Shown in pieces: positions 27,181-35,755 of a stretch of 64,000 bases of DNA (the stretch's first letter is position 1; every line of letters begins with the position of its first letter). The notes under the pieces were generated by a model. It saw only the letters and a program-made list of their open reading frames with translations. It made no database searches and was not told the origin of the DNA. The position numbers were made by a program, and so were the translations under genes. The stretch lies in the IMG/VR virus record IMGVR_UViG_3300025601_000007; one strand, written 5' to 3'. This stretch comes from a virus (lineage: Duplodnaviria; Caudoviricetes).

Positions 27181-27537
27181 TTATTCTTCGGTGATGGATA
27201 TATCACCTTTCTCGCTTATTGTGTACCCATATTCAGTAGTTGTATCATCAAATAACTTGTCAACATCTATCTCTGGGTCATGATGAACCATTTCCTCTTC
27301 ATTGTCAGTTATGAACTTTGTCTGAAACACAACAACAAGTTTATTCATTACTTCCGAAATACTATTTTCACCGTAACGAGTTAATCCGTGTATGATACCA
27401 TTTTTTACTTTGGTTAGAATTACATTTTCACCTTTCTTCAACCAAAACTCTCCGTCTCTTTCCTCTACCTTAATATCTGTTTTCTTTTCAACGTCTTCTA
27501 ATGGAAAGCCTTTTTGAAACATAATGTCTAAACTCAT
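27181..27537 (-). CDS. Hypothetical protein
   Basis: 118-aa ORF. Confidence 0.65.
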   Translation of the reverse strand: MSLDIMFQKGFPLEDVEKKTDIKVEERDGEFWLKKGENVILTKVKNGIIHGLTRYGENSISEVMNKLVVVFQTKFITDNEEEMVHHDPEIDVDKLFDDTTTEYGYTISEKGDISITEE

Positions 27538-27610
27538 AATTCTGTATTTTTAACAGCACCAAAGCATTTGAAACCAACTGATTCTATCTACCTCGCAATG
27601 CATTTTTTAT

Positions 27611-27966
27611 AAGACGGAGCGTAAAACCCATTCATCGCGCAGCGTGGATGGGATGAAAGCGACCTTATTCAGCAAATATAACAATTGTTTTTGATAAAGA
27701 CTTGATGTTTTTGGTTTAAACGCATATATTTGTTATAACAAACTTCGATAACCAAGAGTTTGTTGTTCTTTGACGTGGTATAAGGTTGCTCTGCAAAATC
27801 TTGCAGTTTGCATAAAACCAAAAAGTAAAACTGAATTAAAAACATTCACGTCTGGTTGTGGGATGCAGTCGGACGATAATCAAAAACGGGATGAGGCGTT
27901 GCTATTAGGTGAGTCTACGACCCCCGAAGCCCAACCCATCGGCTCTGCCGTGGGTGGGTAGTTCAC
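27611..27966 (+). mobile_element. Non-autonomous IS200/IS605-type cassette, 356 bp (copy B), identical to copy A
   Basis: Follows TTTAT (27606-27610), ends TTCAC; same sequence as 19387-19742 with different flanks. Confidence 0.9.
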
Positions 27967-28048
27967 ACTATAATATTTTCCAAAAATTCAATTCAGTATT
28001 ATCCAAGATTTGCCCGTGCCGCAAAAAAAACAGCGCATAGCATCATAG

Positions 28049-28471
28049 TCATTTCTTCGGTTTCAGATGTGGGATATAGTGCTCTAGGCATATTTTATCC
28101 GCCTTATTCTTTATGCGATTCAACTGCGTGCTGGTGCTGAATGATAGCTTGTTTCTTTCTTTAATTTTTTCATCTAATATCTTGAGAGTGTAAATCAAAG
28201 TCCCTCGCTTTATTTCGAACAAAGGCTTTTGATTATGAAACCCTACAAGAACATTTCCAATCAAGTCCTCTATCCTCCAAGACAGTGAGGACGTTCCTTT
28301 CTCCATTTTATCGATAGCATCCTGCATTGCTTTAATTTTATCTGTAGCTCTCTCTTCTCTATCAACTTTATGAGCAAGAGATTCTAGTATTTGTGCCTCG
28401 TCGTCTTTTCCGTCGTTTCTTAGGCTTTGAGCTTGAGATTTTAAGTTTCTAGACTGTTTTCTTTTACTCAT
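28049..28471 (-). CDS. Hypothetical protein
   Basis: 140 aa, start overlaps the SbcCD stop. Confidence 0.7.
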   Translation of the reverse strand: MSKRKQSRNLKSQAQSLRNDGKDDEAQILESLAHKVDREERATDKIKAMQDAIDKMEKGTSSLSWRIEDLIGNVLVGFHNQKPLFEIKRGTLIYTLKILDEKIKERNKLSFSTSTQLNRIKNKADKICLEHYIPHLKPKK

Positions 28472-31400
28472 GATATTGTGTGTTGATTTGTGGAGGATAT
28501 TGCCGTTGACGTGGTAAAACTGAAATTGCTTACTCCTGCGTTTTCTGGGAGAGCAGAAAACTCCTTATTAATAAATCCTCTGTCTTTTGTTACCTCAACT
28601 ATGTTATCTACACAGTCTTTTACTTCATTTCTATGTGTAATAATTAGAACATTCTTATACTTCGTCCCTAAGTACAAGAGCATGCTCTGAACCTCTGAGA
28701 TTAAGTCATCATCAAGGCTTCCAAATCCTTCATCAATCATTATAATTGATGGCTGAGAAACGGCATGATTTGAAATCTCGTGCAAAGCGTTTTTTATAGC
28801 CAGAGACACAATGAATTTTTGAGATGATGACGCCATAGCTCCAAGAGGTAGTGCATCAAATTTATCTTCCATAAAATAGAAGACTTCTGTCACGTCTCCT
28901 TTGTCATCAATCTCTAAATCAACTTTAAACTCAACAATCCCTGATAGGATGTTCTGTATTTTCTCATTGATAGTAGGAAGCTTTGTCTTAATAACCATCG
29001 CTGGTATTCCTTGCCTGTGCACAGCTTGAAGGTACAGACTGTGACGACGATATAAAGTGTCAAATTCGCGTATCTCCTTCAACCTTTCCTCTTTGCCTTC
29101 CACGTCTCGACTTAAAACCGCAAGTTCACCCGCTAATATTCGTAATTTCAAAACGATAGATGTGATGCTTTGCTTGTATCCCTCAAGCAATTCTTGATTA
29201 TCATCTATCGTTTTTTGAGTTTCTGTGTTAGATTCAATGTTACGCTCATTTTTGTCAAAGTTATCGCACATCACTTTTAGCTCCACAAGCTCTTTGCGCG
29301 TCTTCTCAATAGCATCAGAGAGCTTTGATAGCTCATTTGAGCGGGAATTAATTAACTCGTTCATCGCAACGATGTCTTTGGCTCCTAATAGTTTTTCTCG
29401 GTCTTTAGAGATGTTCTCTAAGAGCATTTCCTTTGCGGCAAGTTTAACTTTTGTTATTTCTAACTCAGAGTTTCTAGTTTCAAAATTCTGGTTATGATTC
29501 TTGCAAACCTCTACTTCTTTAAGTACATTCTTTTTCTCTGTGAGTTCCCGCTCAAGCCTAGTTTTTCGGATATTCTGTTCTGTTTCACCAAAAGGGTTCG
29601 GTTTTTCAGATACATTTCCGCAAGTCGGACACTTCTTGCCTTGGAAAGAGATGATTTTGTTTTGACACTCGATAATATCAGACTGAATCTTTCTAATCGA
29701 TTCCTCTGTAGTCGTGGTGTCTTCGATGAATTTTTTTGAGTTCTGTAATATCCAAGTTTCAGACTGCTGCTTAATGGATTCAATATTAGTCTTTTGGGCT
29801 CTTTCTTGCTGCAGTTGATGCTCGACATCTGATAGGTTTTTCTCACCTTCGAATGGGACATCTTTTCGAAGATTGCTGTCCAGCCAAGATTTAAGTTCGG
29901 ACTGGCGCTCAATATCTTTATTAAGTAGGTCCTCTGATAGTTCGATTTCATTCTCTAATACGTCTTTGGAGTCAAACTCCATTATCTCCACTCTATGAAG
30001 CTTGCGGGTGTGCTCTAAAATTTTGCTGTTTATGTCAGTTTGTTTTGTTTCGCTTAGAAATTGCTCTTCCTCAAGGCTCTTGATTTGAATATTAAAATCT
30101 TGCTTTTGAATATTTTTCTGAGCTATTTCTTCTTTAATCTCAGGAACTTGCCCAGCATCTTTAAAGTCTCGATTGAGATTGTTTTGTTTTTTATTAACAA
30201 AGTCGTATCTCATCTTAAAGTTAGACAAGTCAAGGTATCTAGCAATTAGAGCATTTTTAGGTTGCTGGCTCAAAGCCAGGTAGTCACTGTCATTGTTTGA
30301 AGCGTGAAGAGCGATTATTGAAAAATCTTCATAATCTCCAATTGCTTTTTTTATCTGTCCTTTAATGTTTGTGTTCTCAGCAACTCCTTCATCTGTTTCT
30401 TCGTCTGTCCACATCCAATCTTGCTCTCCAGTTGGAATTTGGACTTCTTTCCAAATCTCGAACCGAGTTGGGTAAGAATTCCCGCCGTTCCGCTTTTGAA
30501 CGACCTCGCGAGTAATTCTAAACTTCACCCCTTCAATTGAAACGACTACACTCACATATCCTTTGTTGGATTTTGTGTAAATATTTACGAGCTTGGACTT
30601 ATTTTTGGTCCCAATAATAACTTCAAACAGACCGAAAACTAAAGCACGAAGAGTGTTTGATTTTCCGCAGTAGTTCTCGCCGAAAATCCCAGTCAACCCT
30701 GGCATGCTTTCTATTGGAAAATAAACAGCTCTATCGGGAAACGAAAATAAGTTTCGAACTTCCATCGATAGAATATCGAATTTTTTTGATTTGATTTTTT
30801 CTTTGTCAAGTCCAAGTTCTTTTTCAATTGAGTATGCAAATGTAAACAACTCTTGTAGCTCATCGTCTTCCATGTCATGCTCAGTGCGTTTCATGAATTT
30901 TTTAAATCTGCCTTCAAAACTATCTCCACCTTCTAATACTTCACTATCATCGCCCAGGTCTTCTTTTTGCAAAGTCTTCCATTCCACGCGAATACTCTCA
31001 CACTTATATCGGTCCTTTATAAGCTTGGTTATTTGATTGGTACGTTCTTGTGATTTGTTTTCCTCAAAATCTTCGACAGTTACAATTACTTTTGTTTTTC
31101 TCTTGTTATTGGAAAAACTCATGTTCTCTATTCGGTCCTCAACTGACTCTCCACGGGTTACTGTGATTTTTGCAAATCCCCAGTCATTTAAAACTATCTT
31201 TCTTTCGTGGGTTTTAGTTTTAGTATCCCAAATCAGATATCCTTTGTCTATTGATTCTCCATAGCCCTGTTGGATGCAACTTCCACTATAAGCCATTCTG
31301 CCATCAAAGAAATCTTGGTACTCGTGAAAGTCACCCATCATGGTGATGTCAAAATCTTTGAATATCGATTTTTTCCAGCTGGCCTGGTTTGAATTTTCAT

Positions 31401-31944
31401 GACCATTATCCATGCGAGCACCATAAAGAGCTCCGTGCCACATAGCGATATATGTTTTATCAGCTTCTTTCTGGTCTAACTCCAGCACTTTTTCGTCTCG
31501 ACAAGAGAAAATGCCATATGTATGATTTTCGTCGATACTGAAAAATCCAGATAAAGGATAGTAGTAAACGCTGTTTTCCCAAAGATTTATTGAGGATGCA
31601 TTTTCTTTTGTGACTTGGTAAGTGGATTTTCCTCCCAAAATCTCTGAAAGCTCGAAAATTGGGCTAATAACATCGCCTTGGCTCTCTTGTTTCATGTTCA
31701 TATCATGATTTCCAGCTATAATATCTACTGGTGCAATCTCAGAAAGTTTTAAGAAAAACTCTGACATCAATATGAACGACTTAGGAGACATGGAGACCTT
31801 ATTGTGTAATACGTCCCCAGTTATAGCAATACGGTCTACTTTGTTTGATTTTAGGTCCTCATATAATCTTTCAAAAACCTGACGATATTCAGCGTGTCGA
31901 GTTGAAAATCGAATGTGAATATCTGATAAGTGTGCGATTCGCAT
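28468..31944 (-). CDS. Fused SbcD(Mre11)-SbcC(Rad50) nuclease/ATPase
   Basis: HLSDIH, GDVLH, AGNHD, GDFH phosphoesterase motifs; Walker A GENYCGKS; CPTC zinc hook; Walker B IMIDEGFGSLD; ITH. Confidence 0.92.
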   Translation of the reverse strand: MRIAHLSDIHIRFSTRHAEYRQVFERLYEDLKSNKVDRIAITGDVLHNKVSMSPKSFILMSEFFLKLSEIAPVDIIAGNHDMNMKQESQGDVISPIFELSEILGGKSTYQVTKENASSINLWENSVYYYPLSGFFSIDENHTYGIFSCRDEKVLELDQKEADKTYIAMWHGALYGARMDNGHENSNQASWKKSIFKDFDITMMGDFHEYQDFFDGRMAYSGSCIQQGYGESIDKGYLIWDTKTKTHERKIVLNDWGFAKITVTRGESVEDRIENMSFSNNKRKTKVIVTVEDFEENKSQERTNQITKLIKDRYKCESIRVEWKTLQKEDLGDDSEVLEGGDSFEGRFKKFMKRTEHDMEDDELQELFTFAYSIEKELGLDKEKIKSKKFDILSMEVRNLFSFPDRAVYFPIESMPGLTGIFGENYCGKSNTLRALVFGLFEVIIGTKNKSKLVNIYTKSNKGYVSVVVSIEGVKFRITREVVQKRNGGNSYPTRFEIWKEVQIPTGEQDWMWTDEETDEGVAENTNIKGQIKKAIGDYEDFSIIALHASNNDSDYLALSQQPKNALIARYLDLSNFKMRYDFVNKKQNNLNRDFKDAGQVPEIKEEIAQKNIQKQDFNIQIKSLEEEQFLSETKQTDINSKILEHTRKLHRVEIMEFDSKDVLENEIELSEDLLNKDIERQSELKSWLDSNLRKDVPFEGEKNLSDVEHQLQQERAQKTNIESIKQQSETWILQNSKKFIEDTTTTEESIRKIQSDIIECQNKIISFQGKKCPTCGNVSEKPNPFGETEQNIRKTRLERELTEKKNVLKEVEVCKNHNQNFETRNSELEITKVKLAAKEMLLENISKDREKLLGAKDIVAMNELINSRSNELSKLSDAIEKTRKELVELKVMCDNFDKNERNIESNTETQKTIDDNQELLEGYKQSITSIVLKLRILAGELAVLSRDVEGKEERLKEIREFDTLYRRHSLYLQAVHRQGIPAMVIKTKLPTINEKIQNILSGIVEFKVDLEIDDKGDVTEVFYFMEDKFDALPLGAMASSSQKFIVSLAIKNALHEISNHAVSQPSIIMIDEGFGSLDDDLISEVQSMLLYLGTKYKNVLIITHRNEVKDCVDNIVEVTKDRGFINKEFSALPENAGVSNFSFTTSTAISSTNQHTIS

Positions 31945-32031
31945 GTTTGATGCTATTGTGTTTAATAGCGAATATAGCGATTATAATTAATAAGTCAGAT
32001 GTAAAAAAAGGAAAAGTTTTCAACTATTCAA

Positions 32032-32709
32032 CTATTCAACAAATGATACCTCGACAATTGTGCGACCAGGTTTTTGCTCTAGAATAAGAGCCTCTCCTTT
32101 TTCTATCGCATCCACGAGAATAATGTTTGGATTGTCAAGAGTTATTGAAAATTGTCTAGTGTGGCCCACAATCTGTTTCCAGTCATCAATTCTGTTGATG
32201 TTTAGACTTCTTGGCCTGACCCAAATAGGGCTGGACACAGTTGAATCACCGTGTCTTTGAAAACCAGCGAATGCAAAGTGTGAGATGTGTAGGGAGTTGA
32301 TTTTTTTAACAATATCTTTCGTGTCAACTTTATGAATATCGCACCAATCTTTAGTGACTCCTGCATGAGAAATGAGATAGTCATCTATGGAGTGGCACCA
32401 TTGCATCAAATCCTTGTTATCCTCTAGAAGTGCTTCAATATTTAAAAATGCTCCAGCTTGAAACCCGCTATACATTCCGCCTATTCCCATATAATGGGCA
32501 TCATGGTTTCCTGTGAGCAAAGTTACGTCGTCTGGTCTTTCTTTTTTGAGAGCGATGATGTCTCTGAAGTTGTCCATCTGCTCCAGAGCTGTAAACTCCT
32601 TGCTGTCGAAGTAATCTCCGACAAATACGATTTTATCAGGATTAACTGATTTGACATGCTTTTTCCAGGATGGTCCTCCGTGTATGTCTCCTAAAATTAG
32701 ATGTTTCAT
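32032..32709 (-). CDS. Calcineurin-like metallophosphoesterase
   Basis: GDIHG, GDYFD, GNHD, SHAG, VGHT. Confidence 0.9.
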   Translation of the reverse strand: MKHLILGDIHGGPSWKKHVKSVNPDKIVFVGDYFDSKEFTALEQMDNFRDIIALKKERPDDVTLLTGNHDAHYMGIGGMYSGFQAGAFLNIEALLEDNKDLMQWCHSIDDYLISHAGVTKDWCDIHKVDTKDIVKKINSLHISHFAFAGFQRHGDSTVSSPIWVRPRSLNINRIDDWKQIVGHTRQFSITLDNPNIILVDAIEKGEALILEQKPGRTIVEVSFVE

Positions 32710-33254
32710 TATTCGCTTTTAAGTGCTGCTTGTTTCTCCAAGGTAATCATGTGACACAGAGCGATGGTGTAGCTGTCGCACATATCGAAATTTTCATCCA
32801 TAAGCTTCCTTGACTTCGGACCGTATTTCCAATTCAAAAGAGGCTGCAATTTACATACTTCCTCCCACACTTGAGATTTGCTTTCAGAGCCTTTTTTTCC
32901 AAATTTCACATGCGGGTATGCAGTTTTTCGTGCAGAGTTTACGTTGTAGTATACTGGCTCTATTCCCCAGGTTTTATAGCATACAGCCGAAATCATTCCG
33001 TTAAAGAAATTAAGCAATCCGATTGTTGTAGCAGAAGAGAATTTTCCAGCGAACTTTTTAAGCGGTTCCTCTATAGCAATATATGTCAGTTCCATTTTAC
33101 TTATTTCACTTAAATGCTCCTCGAAGTGTTTTAGCTTTTCAAAAAGAGTTTGTTTTGGACGCATTTTAACGTACCCAATCTTGAGCATGTCTCCATCTTC
33201 TGAAAAAAGTGTGTACCCAATACAGGTGGTTGATATATCTAATCCTAAAATCAT
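32709..33254 (-). CDS. RuvC-like (RNase H fold) Holliday junction resolvase
   Basis: ILGLDISTTCIG, IAIEEP, DMCDSYTIA. Confidence 0.8.
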   Translation of the reverse strand: MILGLDISTTCIGYTLFSEDGDMLKIGYVKMRPKQTLFEKLKHFEEHLSEISKMELTYIAIEEPLKKFAGKFSSATTIGLLNFFNGMISAVCYKTWGIEPVYYNVNSARKTAYPHVKFGKKGSESKSQVWEEVCKLQPLLNWKYGPKSRKLMDENFDMCDSYTIALCHMITLEKQAALKSE

Positions 33255-33439
33255 TTTTCTTCTGTATCTTTTTTAAGGTTGTCAACAATCCCAGCCTGTA
33301 GATAAGTAACATGTTCTAGCATAACTTCCTTTATCGTTTTCTTCTCAGGAGCCGTCAGGGTAAGCCCTTCTGATTTGAGGATACTCAAAAGTGTGGAAAT
33401 GATTGTTATTCTTTCTGCAATTGAAATTGTTCTTATCAT
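33251..33439 (-). CDS. Small hypothetical protein
   Basis: 62 aa, stop overlaps the resolvase start. Confidence 0.6.
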   Translation of the reverse strand: MIRTISIAERITIISTLLSILKSEGLTLTAPEKKTIKEVMLEHVTYLQAGIVDNLKKDTEEK

Positions 33440-33449
33440 GTTTAATGAT

Positions 33450-33482
33450 AAAAAAAGCCTTGACGAATATCAAGGCTTTTTT
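33450..33482. terminator. Intrinsic terminator ending the structural operon
   Basis: AAAAAAAGCCTTG-ACGAATAT-CAAGGCTTTTTT. Confidence 0.8.
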
Positions 33483-33499
33483 ATTTGTAGTGTTACTGG

Positions 33500-34612
33500 T
33501 TATACGTCCAGTTCCAATGTAAATGTTAATACTCCAGTGTACCCTTTCTCTTTAGCTCTGTCCAGTTTAGCAATAGCTAAAAGCTCTTCCTCTTTGTTGT
33601 AGAGCCCGATTTCGGTTACATAAGTTGAATCAAAGTTGTTTGTTCCAAGAGTGTACTCTTGAAGGTTTTCAGAGAAGTTCCACGTTGGGTTGTTTGTAAA
33701 GTGAAATTCTCCTGGAAGAGCCATGCAAACGACTGATGTTTTAAAACTAATGTTTAAGTCGTAAAACTGAGCAGTACTTCCTGAGCCAAACCAGATATCT
33801 GTTGTTCCAACCCCAGAGTTTGCATATGCGTGTGGGGTTGTTTTTCCAGATGCCCACGGGATTTGATTTACAATCATCGGGTGAGTTAACACCATATATC
33901 CTTTGTCTAGCGCTGCAAACCCAACAGGGACATCATAGTTGTATCCTTGGTTTGTTGTGGTTGGGTAAATTTCAGGTACTGCGGCGGCAAGATTTACTTG
34001 GCTCCAGGGTCTTTGGTCAGAATTAATGTCGATTTGCACCCCATCTGGGTGCAAGTTTTGATATGCTGTTGCCGAAGGTCTGTCAAGATAGCTTGATGTA
34101 TTCCAAGTGGTTTGACTCGCTTTGTTAACGCCGTTTCCGTCTGTGGTTCCTGTATAAGGAAGGTTAATTTCATCACAAAACAAAAATGCAATATTCTTAC
34201 CTAGAAGGGCGTTTTCGCTCTTCTTCTCCAGTATGTTGTATGTTGACGACACAATTGTTTTAGCGGTCCAATTGGGGTTATCTGCTATTCCATGTTGAGG
34301 AACTGTAAACGTAATGGAACGTCCATCTATCATCTCACTGTAGAAGCTTCTTGGAATAGGCGCTATTACAATTTTACCGACATTTAGCTGATAAATCTCA
34401 GGATGTGCGGAAGCCATTGTACTTCCTGATGCTAAATCTGCTGCAATGTGTGGAAGGTTAAATGACACAAAGTAATTAGCTTCTGTAGAAGTCAGCCCAG
34501 TCCTAAAACACGCAGTGTATGTCAGGTCAGACGTAGCAACAGACTTTAGTGATGCAGTCTCACTCTTTGTTGAAATAACACTCTGTATTGGTTTTTGAAA
34601 ATTACTTGGCAT
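33500..34612 (-). CDS. Structural protein (tail/collar-fibre-like C-terminal motif)
   Basis: C-terminal TYVTEIGLYNKEEELLAIAKL, shared with the 35756 and 37895 ORFs. Confidence 0.7.
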   Translation of the reverse strand: MPSNFQKPIQSVISTKSETASLKSVATSDLTYTACFRTGLTSTEANYFVSFNLPHIAADLASGSTMASAHPEIYQLNVGKIVIAPIPRSFYSEMIDGRSITFTVPQHGIADNPNWTAKTIVSSTYNILEKKSENALLGKNIAFLFCDEINLPYTGTTDGNGVNKASQTTWNTSSYLDRPSATAYQNLHPDGVQIDINSDQRPWSQVNLAAAVPEIYPTTTNQGYNYDVPVGFAALDKGYMVLTHPMIVNQIPWASGKTTPHAYANSGVGTTDIWFGSGSTAQFYDLNISFKTSVVCMALPGEFHFTNNPTWNFSENLQEYTLGTNNFDSTYVTEIGLYNKEEELLAIAKLDRAKEKGYTGVLTFTLELDV

Positions 34613-34675
34613 CGTTTATATTATTATTGATGTTGAGATTTTTTTGTTGGATTTTTTTTGACTATGTACCAGTGA

Positions 34676-35227
34676 TTAACCTTGTCCGAGTCCGACACCA
34701 TCGCCGCCTTCAGTAGGTCCGCCAGGTCCGCCGCCAATCTGTAAACCAGTATAATTAAACCTTACCTCAAAAGTTAAGGAGTTCTCAGACTGAAGTGTTT
34801 GACGTCCGTAAGATGTAAAAACAAGCTTCCTGTAACGAATCATACTAGAATTAAGCGCGGCACGACCATTGTTAATCCATGTTTTTATGTCAGCAATCAT
34901 GCTATCTGGCAAAGCAGTTTCATAATCTCTATACCCGTCTGTATATGTTGCGTCTTTTTTAGCAAAAGTCACATATAAAGTCGAATTTGAGATTGAATTC
35001 GTGTCAGTCGGGTCTGGAAAAGTGAGTTTTAAAAAATGAGACCCTTCTCCTGTGCTATCGGTAAGAGGTATAACTTTCTTGTTTCCTGTAGCCAAAGTAG
35101 AGACAGTAATACCTTGAGCATAAGGCCCAAATATTTTGTGCCCCTCAGAAATAACTGTCTCGTTGTTGGTTGTCGCCAGAGTCACCTTTCGGAAGACTAC
35201 GTTTGTTGGGCTTGGATTGTTAGGCAT
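34676..35227 (-). CDS. Hypothetical structural protein
   Basis: 183 aa in the structural operon, Gly-rich tail. Confidence 0.65.
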   Translation of the reverse strand: MPNNPSPTNVVFRKVTLATTNNETVISEGHKIFGPYAQGITVSTLATGNKKVIPLTDSTGEGSHFLKLTFPDPTDTNSISNSTLYVTFAKKDATYTDGYRDYETALPDSMIADIKTWINNGRAALNSSMIRYRKLVFTSYGRQTLQSENSLTFEVRFNYTGLQIGGGPGGPTEGGDGVGLGQG

Positions 35228-35245
35228 TTTTAGTTTTGTTTATTG

Positions 35246-35719
35246 TTATCCTGCGTTTGGCAATTGAGTTCCACCTGTTCCAGTTCCTGTGCCTACACCA
35301 CCGCCGTCATCTGTACCTGTTCCACCACTAGTGTCACTTCCATTTGGAAGGTCATTAGAGCCTCCAAGATTAACAGATATATCTAAAACATTGTCGGTCA
35401 AGTTTGTGCCGTAAAGAACATCTTGGGAAACAAGTTGGTCAAAGTTTTCAAAAAATAACTGGTTGCGCTGTTCGTAATTCACAGAAGTCTTTAAACAACC
35501 CTCGCTTTTTCCAGAAATATCTGGGACTTCACCTGAAATTAGTGTAATCGTTGTTTTGTAATTGACGTCGGGGTCTCCTAGGGCAAATGACTTAATCTCA
35601 AAGAGGTCATCTCCGAACGCGTCGAAACGAATATTGCTCTTATTGAAAAGATATTCACGACCTTTGTCGGTCAAATATGCTTTCGCATAAAGTGTGTCTG
35701 CTGATGCTATGAATCCCAT
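35246..35719 (-). CDS. Structural protein (collar-fibre-like N-terminal motif)
   Basis: MGFI..AYLTDKGREYL..FALGDPDVNY parallels the N-termini of the two long paralogues. Confidence 0.7.
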   Translation of the reverse strand: MGFIASADTLYAKAYLTDKGREYLFNKSNIRFDAFGDDLFEIKSFALGDPDVNYKTTITLISGEVPDISGKSEGCLKTSVNYEQRNQLFFENFDQLVSQDVLYGTNLTDNVLDISVNLGGSNDLPNGSDTSGGTGTDDGGGVGTGTGTGGTQLPNAG

Positions 35720-35738
35720 TTTTTTTATTCTCTTTCTA

Positions 35739-35746
35739 GTAAATAG
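35739..35746 (-). promoter_or_regulatory. Putative late-promoter motif CTATTTAC
   Basis: GTAAATAG upstream of 35719. Confidence 0.6.
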
Positions 35747-35755
35747 TTTCTCTTA

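Noticed and set aside
29511-29951. Overlapping and antisense ORFs in the track (e.g. 29511-29951, 12198-12551, 39664-40080, 11021-11266)
   Set aside because: Shadow frames of strongly supported genes with no recognisable motifs
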